This document shows, one piece after another, positions 45,809 through 54,541 of a DNA stretch of 64,000 nt. The position numbers were made by a program, and so were the translations under genes. Location of the stretch: the sequence record PV745554.1. One strand, written 5' to 3'. The notes beneath the pieces are model-generated. The model was not told the DNA's origin. It did not search any database and worked only from the letters and a program-made list of their open reading frames with translations. How positions within the stretch are numbered: position 1 is the first letter of the stretch; each line of letters starts with the position of its first letter.

Positions 45809-46927
45809 ATGCCCAAGGGTCCCGTGCTCGACAAGTTCGTCAAGGGCAAGCGCTACAGCCAGCGGGAGTTCCTGCGCCTCGTCCTGGACACCGTCACGGC
45901 CATCACCGCCCTGCCGACCTACGAGCGGGGATGCCGCGCCCGCGACGTCGCCGAGCGCTTTGGTGATCCGGCCTGGGGCGAGCGCGATAATCTCCAGATC
46001 ATCGCCGTCACCCTCAACAACCTGAAGAACCGCAACTACGTCCGCTCCCCCGAGCGCGGCCTGTTCCTGGTCAACGAGGGCAAGGCCAGCCTGGGCCTGG
46101 ACGTGCAGGAGCAGATCGAGATCGCCGTCGCCGACGTGCTCACCGCGCAGGGCGGCTACGGCCGGCGCAAGGTGATCGACGTCGCCATGGGGGCCGAGCG
46201 GTGGTCCAAGGAGCAGGTGACGATCAACCGCGTCATCAACCAGAACGACCGCATCCGCCGCGACTACAAGGGCATGGCCTACGCGCTCTACAACCTCGCG
46301 CCCGAGGAACTCGCCCTGCTGCCCCAGCAGGGTCGGTGGCTGCATCTCCAGTCGGCCGCCGGCCTGCGGATGATCACCGGCAAGCCCACCCACGACATCT
46401 ACAATCTGATCGAGAAGGCCGCCCGCCAGCAGTACCGCAACATCGGGGCGATCTTCCGGCTGGTGCTCGACCACATCGACGAGGAGTTCGTCGACGGCCT
46501 GGAGAACGACGACGACCTGCACGACGCCATGAAGGCCTACACGCGCGCCTTCTCCGACATCGACTCGGCCGCGAAGCGGCTTATCGAGGAGCGCTACGGC
46601 CCGGCCGGCGACAAGTTCACCGCCCTCCAGCAGAAGGGCTGGTCGCTCGACGAGATCGACACCGCCCGGCGCGACGCCCTGCTCGACTACGATCGCGACG
46701 CCCCGCTGCGGCTGATCGACCTCTTCTGTGAGGGGGACGCCCATGCGCACGAGCGCGCGCCGATCGCCTTCTATGAGGCCTTCGCCAAATGGGCCGGGCT
46801 GGACGCGCCGGCGCTCAGCCGGGGCATCATCATGGCCGACCTGTCGCGGATCAAGCGGATGAGCAAGCTGGACGCCCTCGAAGACGGGCCGCTGCCTGGG
46901 TATGAGGACGCCGCGCCGGCCGAGTAG
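45809..46927 (+). CDS. winged-helix DNA-binding protein (candidate origin-binding protein)
   Basis: ATG after AGAGGGG; RARDVAERFG...TLNNLKNRNYVRSPERGLFLV. Confidence 0.75.
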   Translation: MPKGPVLDKFVKGKRYSQREFLRLVLDTVTAITALPTYERGCRARDVAERFGDPAWGERDNLQIIAVTLNNLKNRNYVRSPERGLFLVNEGKASLGLDVQEQIEIAVADVLTAQGGYGRRKVIDVAMGAERWSKEQVTINRVINQNDRIRRDYKGMAYALYNLAPEELALLPQQGRWLHLQSAAGLRMITGKPTHDIYNLIEKAARQQYRNIGAIFRLVLDHIDEEFVDGLENDDDLHDAMKAYTRAFSDIDSAAKRLIEERYGPAGDKFTALQQKGWSLDEIDTARRDALLDYDRDAPLRLIDLFCEGDAHAHERAPIAFYEAFAKWAGLDAPALSRGIIMADLSRIKRMSKLDALEDGPLPGYEDAAPAE

Positions 46928-46954
46928 GGCTGGCCGGCCCCTACTCACTATAGG

Positions 46955-47190
46955 TCAAATGTGTACCCATATGTGTAAGCATGTTAATATACCTGTATGG
47001 GCATGCCACCCCTCCTATACTTCTCCCTAATCATTTGTGTATAACTATATAATACACTCTTATTATAACACACCATCTACTCACATTAATAACCAACTTT
47101 TAGATATATAGATACTTCTCCTTAGATGGGGGGTATAGAGAGGAGAAAATGAGCAGGATTGAGGGCTAGAAGTTTAATAGTCCTACTTTC
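46955..47190. other. AT-rich non-coding tract, candidate DNA-unwinding element
   Basis: Strongly AT-rich against a GC-rich background; no ORF. Confidence 0.6.
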
Positions 47191-47241
47191 TGCCGCCGGC
47201 AGGATCGAAACCAGCCGCGTCGGTCCTACCCGGCACTACCT

Positions 47242-47351
47242 GCCGGCCATACCCGACCGAAATCATCGCCCTACCTGACCGATCCCCGTCGCCAGCCATA
47301 CCCGACCGATCCCCGTCGCCGGCCATACCCGACCGATCCCCGTCGCCGGCC
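47242..47351. repeat. 27-bp tandem repeat (three copies plus one partial)
   Basis: GACCGATCCCCGTCGCC starts at 47277, 47304, 47331; partial copy at 47255. Confidence 0.9.
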
Positions 47352-47445
47352 GAAACCACCGCCCAACCCGGTAGCCGATAGCTGGTGACGCGCGTTCAGG
47401 TCCCGGAGGGAGAGCGCAGCGTTTCCAGGCCGCGTCGGCGGGGAG

Positions 47446-47474
47446 TTGACAGTCGTGGTTAACGACGCTAGATG
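47446..47474 (+). promoter_or_regulatory. sigma70-type promoter
   Basis: TTGACA-GTCGTGGTTAACGACGC-TAGATG; the spacer is itself palindromic. Confidence 0.65.
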
Positions 47475-47554
47475 TCGTGAATCTTGACATGCGGTGGTCT
47501 GCATGAGAGACATGGTTAACGAGATGGACCCACTTGGTCCCTCGGGAGCCGCTC

Positions 47555-48265
47555 ATGATCACCGCCCCCACCCTGCGTTCGACCAACCCCCAAGACCCGC
47601 GCCCGACCCATGTCGACCGCGATGTCCAGGTGCTGGCCATCAGCACGGCCCTGCCGGCGATCCTCGACTGGGCGCGCCTGCACCAGCCGGGCTTTGACGA
47701 GACCCACGCCGAGCACGCCCTGATCATCGCCCTGGAACTGGGCGGCGCGGACGCCTTCCGCATGGGGGTGGTGCTGGGTACCAAGTTCAACTGGCCGGTC
47801 GACTACACCCTGGTGCGGGCGATGAGCGCGGTGGTCGAGGCCCTGCCCACCGCCTACCGGGCGGTGACCGGCCGCTGGGTCGCCCGCACCGGCATCCGCT
47901 TCCCCGCCAAGGAAGGCGACACCATCGAGTTCCTCTCGGCCGCCGGCAAGCGCCTCGTCGGCAAGGTGGTGGGCGTGAGCGCCCTGACCGCCAGCGCCTA
48001 CGTCCAGCCCTCGAACGGGACCGAGTTCACCGATCCGCCGATCGAGATCGCCGCCGAGGCGGTGGTCGCCAACGTCACCCAAAACCGCTTCACCCCGGAG
48101 ACCCCGATCCTGGGCGCGCGCTACGACGATGCGCCGGCCCTGGGTGCGGCGGCCGAAGCCGCCAGGGTCAAGACGGCCGCCGGCGCGGCTTCGCCGCAGA
48201 CCCCGGCGCCCTTCCCTCATCTCACTGACTTCCGCCCGGACCCCGACGGGCCGGCCATCGCCTAG
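47555..48265 (+). CDS. hypothetical protein
   Basis: ATG after GGGAG. Confidence 0.8.
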   Translation: MITAPTLRSTNPQDPRPTHVDRDVQVLAISTALPAILDWARLHQPGFDETHAEHALIIALELGGADAFRMGVVLGTKFNWPVDYTLVRAMSAVVEALPTAYRAVTGRWVARTGIRFPAKEGDTIEFLSAAGKRLVGKVVGVSALTASAYVQPSNGTEFTDPPIEIAAEAVVANVTQNRFTPETPILGARYDDAPALGAAAEAARVKTAAGAASPQTPAPFPHLTDFRPDPDGPAIA

Positions 48266-48274
48266 AGCAGGACC

Positions 48275-48451
48275 ATGAGCCTTTCCTACATCGACGATCC
48301 CGAGGAGTGCATCAAGGACGCGCTCGACCTCGATTTGCACGAGGTGGCGGTGGTTTGCCGCGACGCGTCGGGCGAACTCTACGTCCTGACCAATGTCAAG
48401 GGCCGGCGCCTGGAGCGCCTGATGGCCGACGGCGTGGACGTGACCGAATGA
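48275..48451 (+). CDS. small hypothetical protein (absent from ORF track)
   Basis: 58 aa MSLSYIDDPEECIKDALDL; ATG after AGGA. Confidence 0.65.
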   Translation: MSLSYIDDPEECIKDALDLDLHEVAVVCRDASGELYVLTNVKGRRLERLMADGVDVTE

Positions 48452-48729
48452 TCGCCGCCCACCAGCGCCCCTGCATGACGCCCGGCTGTCACTACCACAT
48501 CCATGACAGCCCCGGCCGCATCCAGATCACCATCGACCTGCCGGCCGGCGTGTCGCTGAAGACCAACCAGCACGAGGTGCTGCACCTGATGGCCGAGATG
48601 GGCGTCGCCGCTGCCCTGGCCAATGACGGACAGGTCGAGCGCATCGATCTGGCGAGCATGAAGCTCTACCAGGGCGCGTTCGAGAAGATGGCCGCCGAGC
48701 CCGATGACGACGCTGGCGGTGGTGCATGA
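48448..48729 (+). CDS. hypothetical protein
   Basis: ATGA overlap. Confidence 0.7.
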   Translation: MIAAHQRPCMTPGCHYHIHDSPGRIQITIDLPAGVSLKTNQHEVLHLMAEMGVAAALANDGQVERIDLASMKLYQGAFEKMAAEPDDDAGGGA

Positions 48730-49241
48730 AGATCATCGGCGTCGACCCCGGCATCTCCGGCGGCGTGGTGCTGCTCGACACCGAGGCCTGCTCGCTGACG
48801 GTCGCCGACATGCCCACCGAGCCTTCGACCAAGGGGCGCAAGCTCGCCTCCTCGGCCCTGCTCACCGTCTTCCTGCATGACGTCCAGCCTGATCACATCT
48901 TCCTCGAAGAGGTCGGGGTTCGTCCTGGCGAGGGCGCGGTCGGGGCCTTCTCGTTTGGTCGGGGCCTGGGGCGCCTGGAGGGCGTGGCGGCCGGCACCCG
49001 CACGGCGCTGACCACCGTCACCCCGCAGGAGTGGAAGCGCGTCACCAAGACGCCGGCCGACAAGAAGCGCGCCATCGCCCGCGCCTACCAACTCTTCCCC
49101 CGCTGCGTGAAGCTCTTCCAGGGGCCGCGCGGCGGTGAAAAGGACGGGCGCGCCGAAGCCGCCCTGATCGCCTTCTACGGGGCGATGAAGCTCGGCGTCG
49201 TCCCCAAAGCCCCCATCGAACCGGCGGAGTTCCCGGCTTGA
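48726..49241 (+). CDS. ruvC: RuvC-like Holliday junction resolvase
   Basis: IIGVDPG, IFLEEV, AFSFG, TPQEWK, DGRAEAALIA. Confidence 0.92.
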   Translation: MKIIGVDPGISGGVVLLDTEACSLTVADMPTEPSTKGRKLASSALLTVFLHDVQPDHIFLEEVGVRPGEGAVGAFSFGRGLGRLEGVAAGTRTALTTVTPQEWKRVTKTPADKKRAIARAYQLFPRCVKLFQGPRGGEKDGRAEAALIAFYGAMKLGVVPKAPIEPAEFPA

Positions 49242-49894
49242 CCCAGCCCCAGTACCTGACGCGCGCGCAGCTTCCCCGCCAGCGCCTCCCGCTTCGCCGG
49301 TTGTCGTCCGCCGATCGCTCCGGCCCGATCCCGACCTATGACGGCGACTACTCGTTCACCGCCGATCACCTGATCGACGATCCGCGCGAGCCCAACATCG
49401 TGCCGCTCGGCCTGCTGGACGCGCGCGGCGAGGAGTTGCTGAAGGTCCACATGCCCATCAAGGTCAAGATGGGTTTCGCCCTGCCGCCGTCCGATCGCGA
49501 CACCGCCGATGAGGTGGTCGCCTACGTGCCCGAGAGCCAGCTTATCGTCTCCGACATCGGCCTGGGCCAGGGCTACGTGACGCCCAAGGAAGCCGATGAG
49601 GCCGAAGACCTGGAAGCCGAAGATGACGAGGACGAGGAAGACGGCGAGACCACCGTGTCGATCCGCATCCCCGCCACCGAGGGCGTCATCGCCGCGCACG
49701 GCCTGATGCAGGCGGCGGCCGAGGCCGTCGCCGATCAGGTCACTGCCATGCACGTGGCCCTGACCCCCGAGGGCCTCATCGTCCTGCGCGGGCTAGCCTC
49801 GGCCCAGACCGACGCCTTGATCGCCTTCCTCCAGGCCGCTCACGCCGCGCGCCAGGAGGTGGAGAAGGAGCCGGCCGGTGGCGGACAAGCCTGA
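49238..49894 (+). CDS. hypothetical protein with acidic tract
   Basis: TTGA overlap after GGAG. Confidence 0.7.
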   Translation: MTQPQYLTRAQLPRQRLPLRRLSSADRSGPIPTYDGDYSFTADHLIDDPREPNIVPLGLLDARGEELLKVHMPIKVKMGFALPPSDRDTADEVVAYVPESQLIVSDIGLGQGYVTPKEADEAEDLEAEDDEDEEDGETTVSIRIPATEGVIAAHGLMQAAAEAVADQVTAMHVALTPEGLIVLRGLASAQTDALIAFLQAAHAARQEVEKEPAGGGQA

Positions 49895-50171
49895 CCTCAC
49901 CAGCCGCGTGGGCGCGGCGCGTCATCACCGCGCCCACGACGCCGCGCTCGACGCCTCGGTCAACGCCTTCCATGAGGCGGTGCGGATGTACACCGGCCTG
50001 ACCGCCCAGGTGGACCTCAAGAAGGTCCGCCCCGCCATCGTCGAGGACTACAGGCTGGGCGCGATCGCCGCGTTCGAAGCCCTGCTCGACAACATGAAGA
50101 ACGCCAGCGACGCCCTGGCCATCCTCAATGCAGTGCGCGCGGCCGAACCGCCCAAGCGCCCGGAACTCTAA
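49878..50171 (+). CDS. hypothetical protein
   Basis: GTG after AAGGAG. Confidence 0.7.
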   Translation: MADKPDLTSRVGAARHHRAHDAALDASVNAFHEAVRMYTGLTAQVDLKKVRPAIVEDYRLGAIAAFEALLDNMKNASDALAILNAVRAAEPPKRPEL

Positions 50172-50175
50172 ATCC

Positions 50176-50982
50176 ATGCCTCGCCTCGCCAACGACCGCC
50201 AAGAAACCTACGCCATCATGCGCGCCAAGGGCATGAAGCCTCCCCAGGCGGCGGCGGCGGCCGGCTATGTCGCGGGCTCGGCCGTCTACAGCGAACTGGA
50301 GAAGGACCCCGACATCAAGGCCCGCGCCCAGGAACTACTCGACGAGAACAACCTCAAGCGCGACCAGATGCGCACCGCCGCAACCGAGGCGGCCAAGGTC
50401 GTCGGGCAGATGAGCGGCGTGTCCAAGTCCTGGGTGCTCCAGAAGCTGGCCGAGAACGCCCAGATGGCGGCCCAGGATGGCGACTACAAGGAGAGCAACG
50501 CCGCCCTCAAGCTGATCGGCGATGAGTTCGGCATGTTCACCGGCGCGTCCGGCGAGGGTTCCGACCAGGGCGATGGCAAGCGCTCCTACGACCTCGACAC
50601 CATGAGCGCCCTGCTCGACAAGGCCGCCGAGACCCTGCCCGCGCCGGCGCCCAAGGTCGACCCCAACGTCGCCTTCGATCTGATCGCCGGCCAAGGCGAG
50701 GCCGCCAAGCGCGCCCGCCAGAGCCGTGCCTTCTCCGACGGCGAGGAAGCCGACATGGCCTTCACCGAGGCGGCCGACATCGACGCCGTGCCCGACGGCC
50801 CCTGGTCGGGTCCCGCGCCCGAGGACTTCTTCTCCGAGGATGAGCCCGAGGCGATGGTCGGCGAATCGTTCGAGAAGATCGACCCCCAGACCTCTCCCGA
50901 AGAGATCATGGCCCGCATCGCGCAGGCCGACCAATCCCCGACTTCCAGCGACGATCGGCCCAAGCGCCGGTCCTCGCGCTGA
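50176..50982 (+). CDS. terS: terminase small subunit (probable)
   Basis: N-terminal HTH with AAAAAGY motif; directly upstream of terL. Confidence 0.7.
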   Translation: MPRLANDRQETYAIMRAKGMKPPQAAAAAGYVAGSAVYSELEKDPDIKARAQELLDENNLKRDQMRTAATEAAKVVGQMSGVSKSWVLQKLAENAQMAAQDGDYKESNAALKLIGDEFGMFTGASGEGSDQGDGKRSYDLDTMSALLDKAAETLPAPAPKVDPNVAFDLIAGQGEAAKRARQSRAFSDGEEADMAFTEAADIDAVPDGPWSGPAPEDFFSEDEPEAMVGESFEKIDPQTSPEEIMARIAQADQSPTSSDDRPKRRSSR

Positions 50983-50995
50983 CCACTGAACGTCT

Positions 50996-52780
50996 ATGAC
51001 CTTCTACCCCATGGAGGACCGGGCCAAGGCCCGCTCCGTTGTCACCAACCTGCTGGACCTCCAGCGCGAAGCCGTCAAGGTCAGCCGCCAAGGTCTAATC
51101 CTACCGCCTGAGCGCAAGCAGTTGATCACCCAGTTGACCGAGACCGAGGATCACACCCGCTGGGTTGACCTGCTGGGTCAGTTCGCCGATCGCGTCCAGA
51201 CCGATCACCTGAGCCGTCTGAAGCCGATCGCCAAGGACGACTTCAACGCCTTCTGCGAGTACGTCAATCCCGACGAGCCGCCGGCCTCCAAGTGGCACGT
51301 CTTCCTGACCGGCACGCTCCAGGAGATCGAGAACAACCCCGAGCTTGAGCGCTTCGTGCTCAACTGCCCGCCGGGCCACGCCAAGCCGCTGGACGTCGAC
51401 ACCGAAGTGCTGATGGCTGATGGCGCCTGGAAGCGTCTGGGCGACATCCAGGTGGGCGACTACGTGGTGGGCGAGAGCGGCGCGCGCTGCAAGGTCACCG
51501 CCGTCCATGAGCAGGGCGACCTCGACACCCTGAAGATCACCACCGCCCACGGCCGGCAGATCATCGCCGCGCCCGACCACTCGTTCCGGGTCGGTGACGG
51601 CTGGAAGCCGGCCGGCAAGCTGCGTCCGGGTGACGCCCTGTCCGTCGTCGGCGCCGCCAACCTCAACTACGACGCCAGCGGCAAGTCGATCGACCACTTC
51701 GAGCTTGCCGCCTACCTCCAGGCCAAGGGCGGGCGCTCCTACTTCCACCGCGTCCACAAGAGCGGGCCGAAGACCTACCGCAACGTCTATCTGTGGACGT
51801 CCGACCACCGCGAGGCCAGCCAGATCAGCACGTGCCTCAAGCGCATGGGCGTGGCCTTCAAGGGGCGGCTGGCCAAGACCGAGAAGGTCTGGAAGATGCG
51901 CCTCTCGACCGAGTGGGGCGACGCCCTGGCCGAGGAGTACGGCCTGGACGCCAAGATCGACGCGCGTCGTGTTCCGGCCTTTGTCACGAAAGGCGACGAG
52001 GAGCAGATCGGCCGCTACCTGTCGACCCTGACCTCGCTGGCCGGCGAAGCTCCCGAGCGCTACACCATCCCGCGTCTGGTGCTCTACTTCAAGAACCCCG
52101 ACTTCGCCACCGACGTCCAGCGCCTGTTCGCCGCCGTCGGCGTCAACGCGCGCATCGAGCCGCGCAAGACCGGTCGCACCCGGCTGCACATCTCCGGCGC
52201 CGATCTCGAAGCCTACTTCGCCGCCGGCCTGACCTACACCGGCCCCAACGCCGACAAGCTGCCGGCCAAGCGCGCGGCGTTCCCGACCGCGCCCTCGACG
52301 CTGGCCGATCACGTCACCTGGATCGAGCCGCATGGGGTGCGCCCCTGCCGCTGCCTGACGGTCGAGAACGAGCACACCTTCATCGCCCAGGGCGTGGTGG
52401 TCCACAACTCGACCTACGCCTCGCGCCTGTTCGTGGCGTGGCGCCTGGGCCGCGATCCGCGCCAGAAGATCATCGGCGGCGGCCACTCCCAACGCTTCGT
52501 CGAAAACGAGTTCAGCGGCAAGATTCGCAACCTCGTGCGGACGCCCCAGTTCAAGGACGTCTTCCCCGGCGTGGTCATCGACCATGCCACCTCGGCTAAG
52601 GACATGTGGGCGATCGCCGGGCACGGCGGGCAGTATGCCGCCAAGGGCGCCGGTCAGGCCATCCACGGTCTGCGCGCCAACTTCGTCTGCGTCGATGACC
52701 CCTATCCGTCGATCCAGAAGGCCGAGAGCGGGGCCTACCGCGAGGAGCGCTCTGGGCGAAGTTTTGTGGGACTACTATGA
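50996..52780 (+). CDS. terL: terminase large subunit, ATPase part with intein (truncated by frameshift)
   Basis: Walker A PPGHAK|ST split by the intein; Walker B FVCVDDP; frame closes 12 codons after AYR. Confidence 0.9.
   Translation: MTFYPMEDRAKARSVVTNLLDLQREAVKVSRQGLILPPERKQLITQLTETEDHTRWVDLLGQFADRVQTDHLSRLKPIAKDDFNAFCEYVNPDEPPASKWHVFLTGTLQEIENNPELERFVLNCPPGHAKPLDVDTEVLMADGAWKRLGDIQVGDYVVGESGARCKVTAVHEQGDLDTLKITTAHGRQIIAAPDHSFRVGDGWKPAGKLRPGDALSVVGAANLNYDASGKSIDHFELAAYLQAKGGRSYFHRVHKSGPKTYRNVYLWTSDHREASQISTCLKRMGVAFKGRLAKTEKVWKMRLSTEWGDALAEEYGLDAKIDARRVPAFVTKGDEEQIGRYLSTLTSLAGEAPERYTIPRLVLYFKNPDFATDVQRLFAAVGVNARIEPRKTGRTRLHISGADLEAYFAAGLTYTGPNADKLPAKRAAFPTAPSTLADHVTWIEPHGVRPCRCLTVENEHTFIAQGVVVHNSTYASRLFVAWRLGRDPRQKIIGGGHSQRFVENEFSGKIRNLVRTPQFKDVFPGVVIDHATSAKDMWAIAGHGGQYAAKGAGQAIHGLRANFVCVDDPYPSIQKAESGAYREERSGRSFVGLL
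51386..52408 (+). mobile_element. intein (341 aa), class-3-like, with degenerate LAGLIDADG endonuclease
   Basis: Starts with Pro (PLDVDTEV), ends VVHN before Ser+1; block F CRCLTV; LAAYLQAKG and YLSTLTSLAG motifs. Confidence 0.9.
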
Positions 52781-53525
52781 CTTGCATTACTTCAAACGGA
52801 AGCGCTCCGAGTGGAAGTACCAAAGATTTACTTTGGTTTATCAACAACTTGCGGACGCCGCCTCGGACACGTCGATCGCGTCCAAGTTCCAGACCTACCA
52901 GCACCTGCCGCACCTGGACCCGAAGGTCCTCAAGGCGCGCATGGACGCGGGGCATGTTGACGATCGCGGCCGGCCGATCCCGGACCGCAAGGAGCACTTC
53001 CGCCGCATCGTGACCTCGGTCGACGCGGCCCAGAAAAAGGGCGCGCGCAACGACTACACGGTCGTCCAGGTGTGGGGCGAGACCCACGATCGCAAGCACT
53101 ACCTGATCTACCAGGAGCGCAAGAAGGTCGAGATCAACGACCTGATCGAGATGGTCGAGCGCATCTCCAAGCGCTTCGACGTCGACTCCATCCTGGTCGA
53201 GGACAAGGGCAACGGCACCGCCTACATCCAGGCGCGGGGCCAGACCGACAACCAGCGGCGGCTCGCGCCGGCCCCGATCGAGGCGATCCAGGTCCCCAGC
53301 ACCTACTCCAAGGAGTTCCGCTTCAACGAGGTCATCCCGATGATCGAGGCCCAGGAGGTCTACCTGCCCGACAAGGCGCCGTGGCTCGACCTCTTCATCC
53401 GCGAAGTCGGGCAGTTCCCCGAAGGCGCCCACGATGACCAAGTCGACGCCATGACGCAGTACCTCCGCTGGGCCAAGTCCAAGCGCACGCGGTTCGGCGC
53501 GCGCAAGGTCGGCTCGATGGGCTGA
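52749..53525 (+). CDS. terL: terminase large subunit, C-terminal RNase H-like nuclease part (in +1 frame)
   Basis: LGEVLW...YQQ...TSVDAAQK...NDYTV...ILVEDKGNG...HDDQVDAMTQ; no clear start of its own. Confidence 0.88.
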   Translation, partial: ALGEVLWDYYDLHYFKRKRSEWKYQRFTLVYQQLADAASDTSIASKFQTYQHLPHLDPKVLKARMDAGHVDDRGRPIPDRKEHFRRIVTSVDAAQKKGARNDYTVVQVWGETHDRKHYLIYQERKKVEINDLIEMVERISKRFDVDSILVEDKGNGTAYIQARGQTDNQRRLAPAPIEAIQVPSTYSKEFRFNEVIPMIEAQEVYLPDKAPWLDLFIREVGQFPEGAHDDQVDAMTQYLRWAKSKRTRFGARKVGSMG

Positions 53526-53551
53526 TTAACCATCTTCGTTCACCCTGTCCG

Positions 53552-53588
53552 GGCCTGTTAACCTTAACACAACGAGGGTTAACAGGCC
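53552..53588. repeat. inverted repeat with TTAA motifs downstream of terL
   Basis: GGCCTGTTAACC...GGTTAACAGGCC. Confidence 0.75.
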
Positions 53589-53716
53589 AGGGACCCATCG
53601 AAATTAACCCTTGGGGACCCAGGGAAATCATCAGCCGGGGACCCTGCCAAATTCAACGCTGGGGACCCACCAAAATCATCCCTCGGGGACCCTAGCAAAT
53701 CGTGGCTCGGGGACCC
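53589..53716 (+). repeat. six GGGGACCC motifs with exact 24-bp period
   Basis: Copies at 53589 (AGGGACCC), 53613, 53637, 53661, 53685, 53709, each followed by AAAT. Confidence 0.92.
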
Positions 53717-53737
53717 TGGCAAATCAAGGAGCCGGCG

Positions 53738-53971
53738 ATGGCCGAACTCATGAGCCTGCTGTTCAACCTCGCCCCGTTCCTGCTGCTGGCGATCGTCGTC
53801 TACCACGTCCTGGAGGCCTTCTGGGCGGTCTGCCTGTGGGTCTACGGCCTGCGTACCCTGTGGAAGCTCCACCGCGACGACCTGTGGGAGGCGCTGAGCC
53901 TGGAGCGCGCCCTGAGCCCGTTCACCCATCACCGGGACATGAACGGCAACCTGCCGCGCCCGCCGACCTGA
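53738..53971 (+). CDS. small membrane protein
   Basis: ATG after AAGGAG; hydrophobic N-terminal half. Confidence 0.7.
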   Translation: MAELMSLLFNLAPFLLLAIVVYHVLEAFWAVCLWVYGLRTLWKLHRDDLWEALSLERALSPFTHHRDMNGNLPRPPT

Positions 53972-54043
53972 TGCCCCAAGTCACGGACTGTAGGTTTCAT
54001 GACAAGGTGGATTATTCCACAACGAAATCAAAGGCTTATCGCC

Positions 54044-54292
54044 ATGTCATTCCGCGCGTTCCTCCACGACCTCGCCGTCCGTTTCGTAGTTTTGGGGTGG
54101 ATTTTTGCCCAAAAACCCCAGAAATGGGCTCCAAAAGGGCATAATTTTCAGCCCATCCCGCCGGCCCAGGTCGAGCGGCAGGACCTCCGGGGGCGCGTGC
54201 TCCTCCTGAGGAGCTTCGGCGTCCTCGCCGCCGCATGCACAACCATGGGCCTGTGTCAATACCTGCTCTGGCGCCGCGCGGCCATGTCATAG
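54044..54292 (+). CDS. possible small membrane protein
   Basis: Two hydrophobic stretches; atypical codons. Confidence 0.4.
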   Translation: MSFRAFLHDLAVRFVVLGWIFAQKPQKWAPKGHNFQPIPPAQVERQDLRGRVLLLRSFGVLAAACTTMGLCQYLLWRRAAMS

Positions 54293-54339
54293 ACTAGGGC
54301 TTTCGTGACGACCTCACGTTTACGTTACCGGATAACCCC

Positions 54340-54495
54340 TTGCCGCACCTGCTCTTCTGGCTCTCGGCCGCCTGCATCGCCCTGGCCTGGGTGATCTGGG
54401 CCGCCGCCCGGCTGATCCGCCGCGATCGCCAGCGCCGCGCCGCTGGAGCGCGCCTGGGCCGGCGCACCGCAGCCGCCCATATGCGCCATATCTGA
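54340..54495 (+). CDS. possible small membrane protein (absent from ORF track)
   Basis: TTG start; PHLLFWLSAACIALAWVIWAAA then Arg-rich tail. Confidence 0.5.
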   Translation: MPHLLFWLSAACIALAWVIWAAARLIRRDRQRRAAGARLGRRTAAAHMRHI

Positions 54496-54541
54496 GCCCT
54501 TATCGCCCTTTAGGGCTCAGATACGCGACATTACGGCCCTC

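Noticed and set aside
46943-46954. ACTCACTATAGG, matching the T7 promoter core
   Set aside because: It is a single copy, lacks the upstream TAATACG specificity bases, and is partly explained by a hairpin arm (GAGTAGGG/CCCTACTC). No phage RNA polymerase gene lies in this window.
47242-47351. 27-bp repeats as a CRISPR array
   Set aside because: The copies are directly adjacent with no unique spacers, and no cas genes are present.
52741-52780. Programmed +1 frameshift as a full explanation of the split terL
   Set aside because: There is no obvious slippery site, and shifting would still give a protein without the motif-C segment.
53589-53716. GGGGACCC array as a mini-CRISPR
   Set aside because: An 8-bp repeat with a 24-bp period is far too short for repeat-spacer units.
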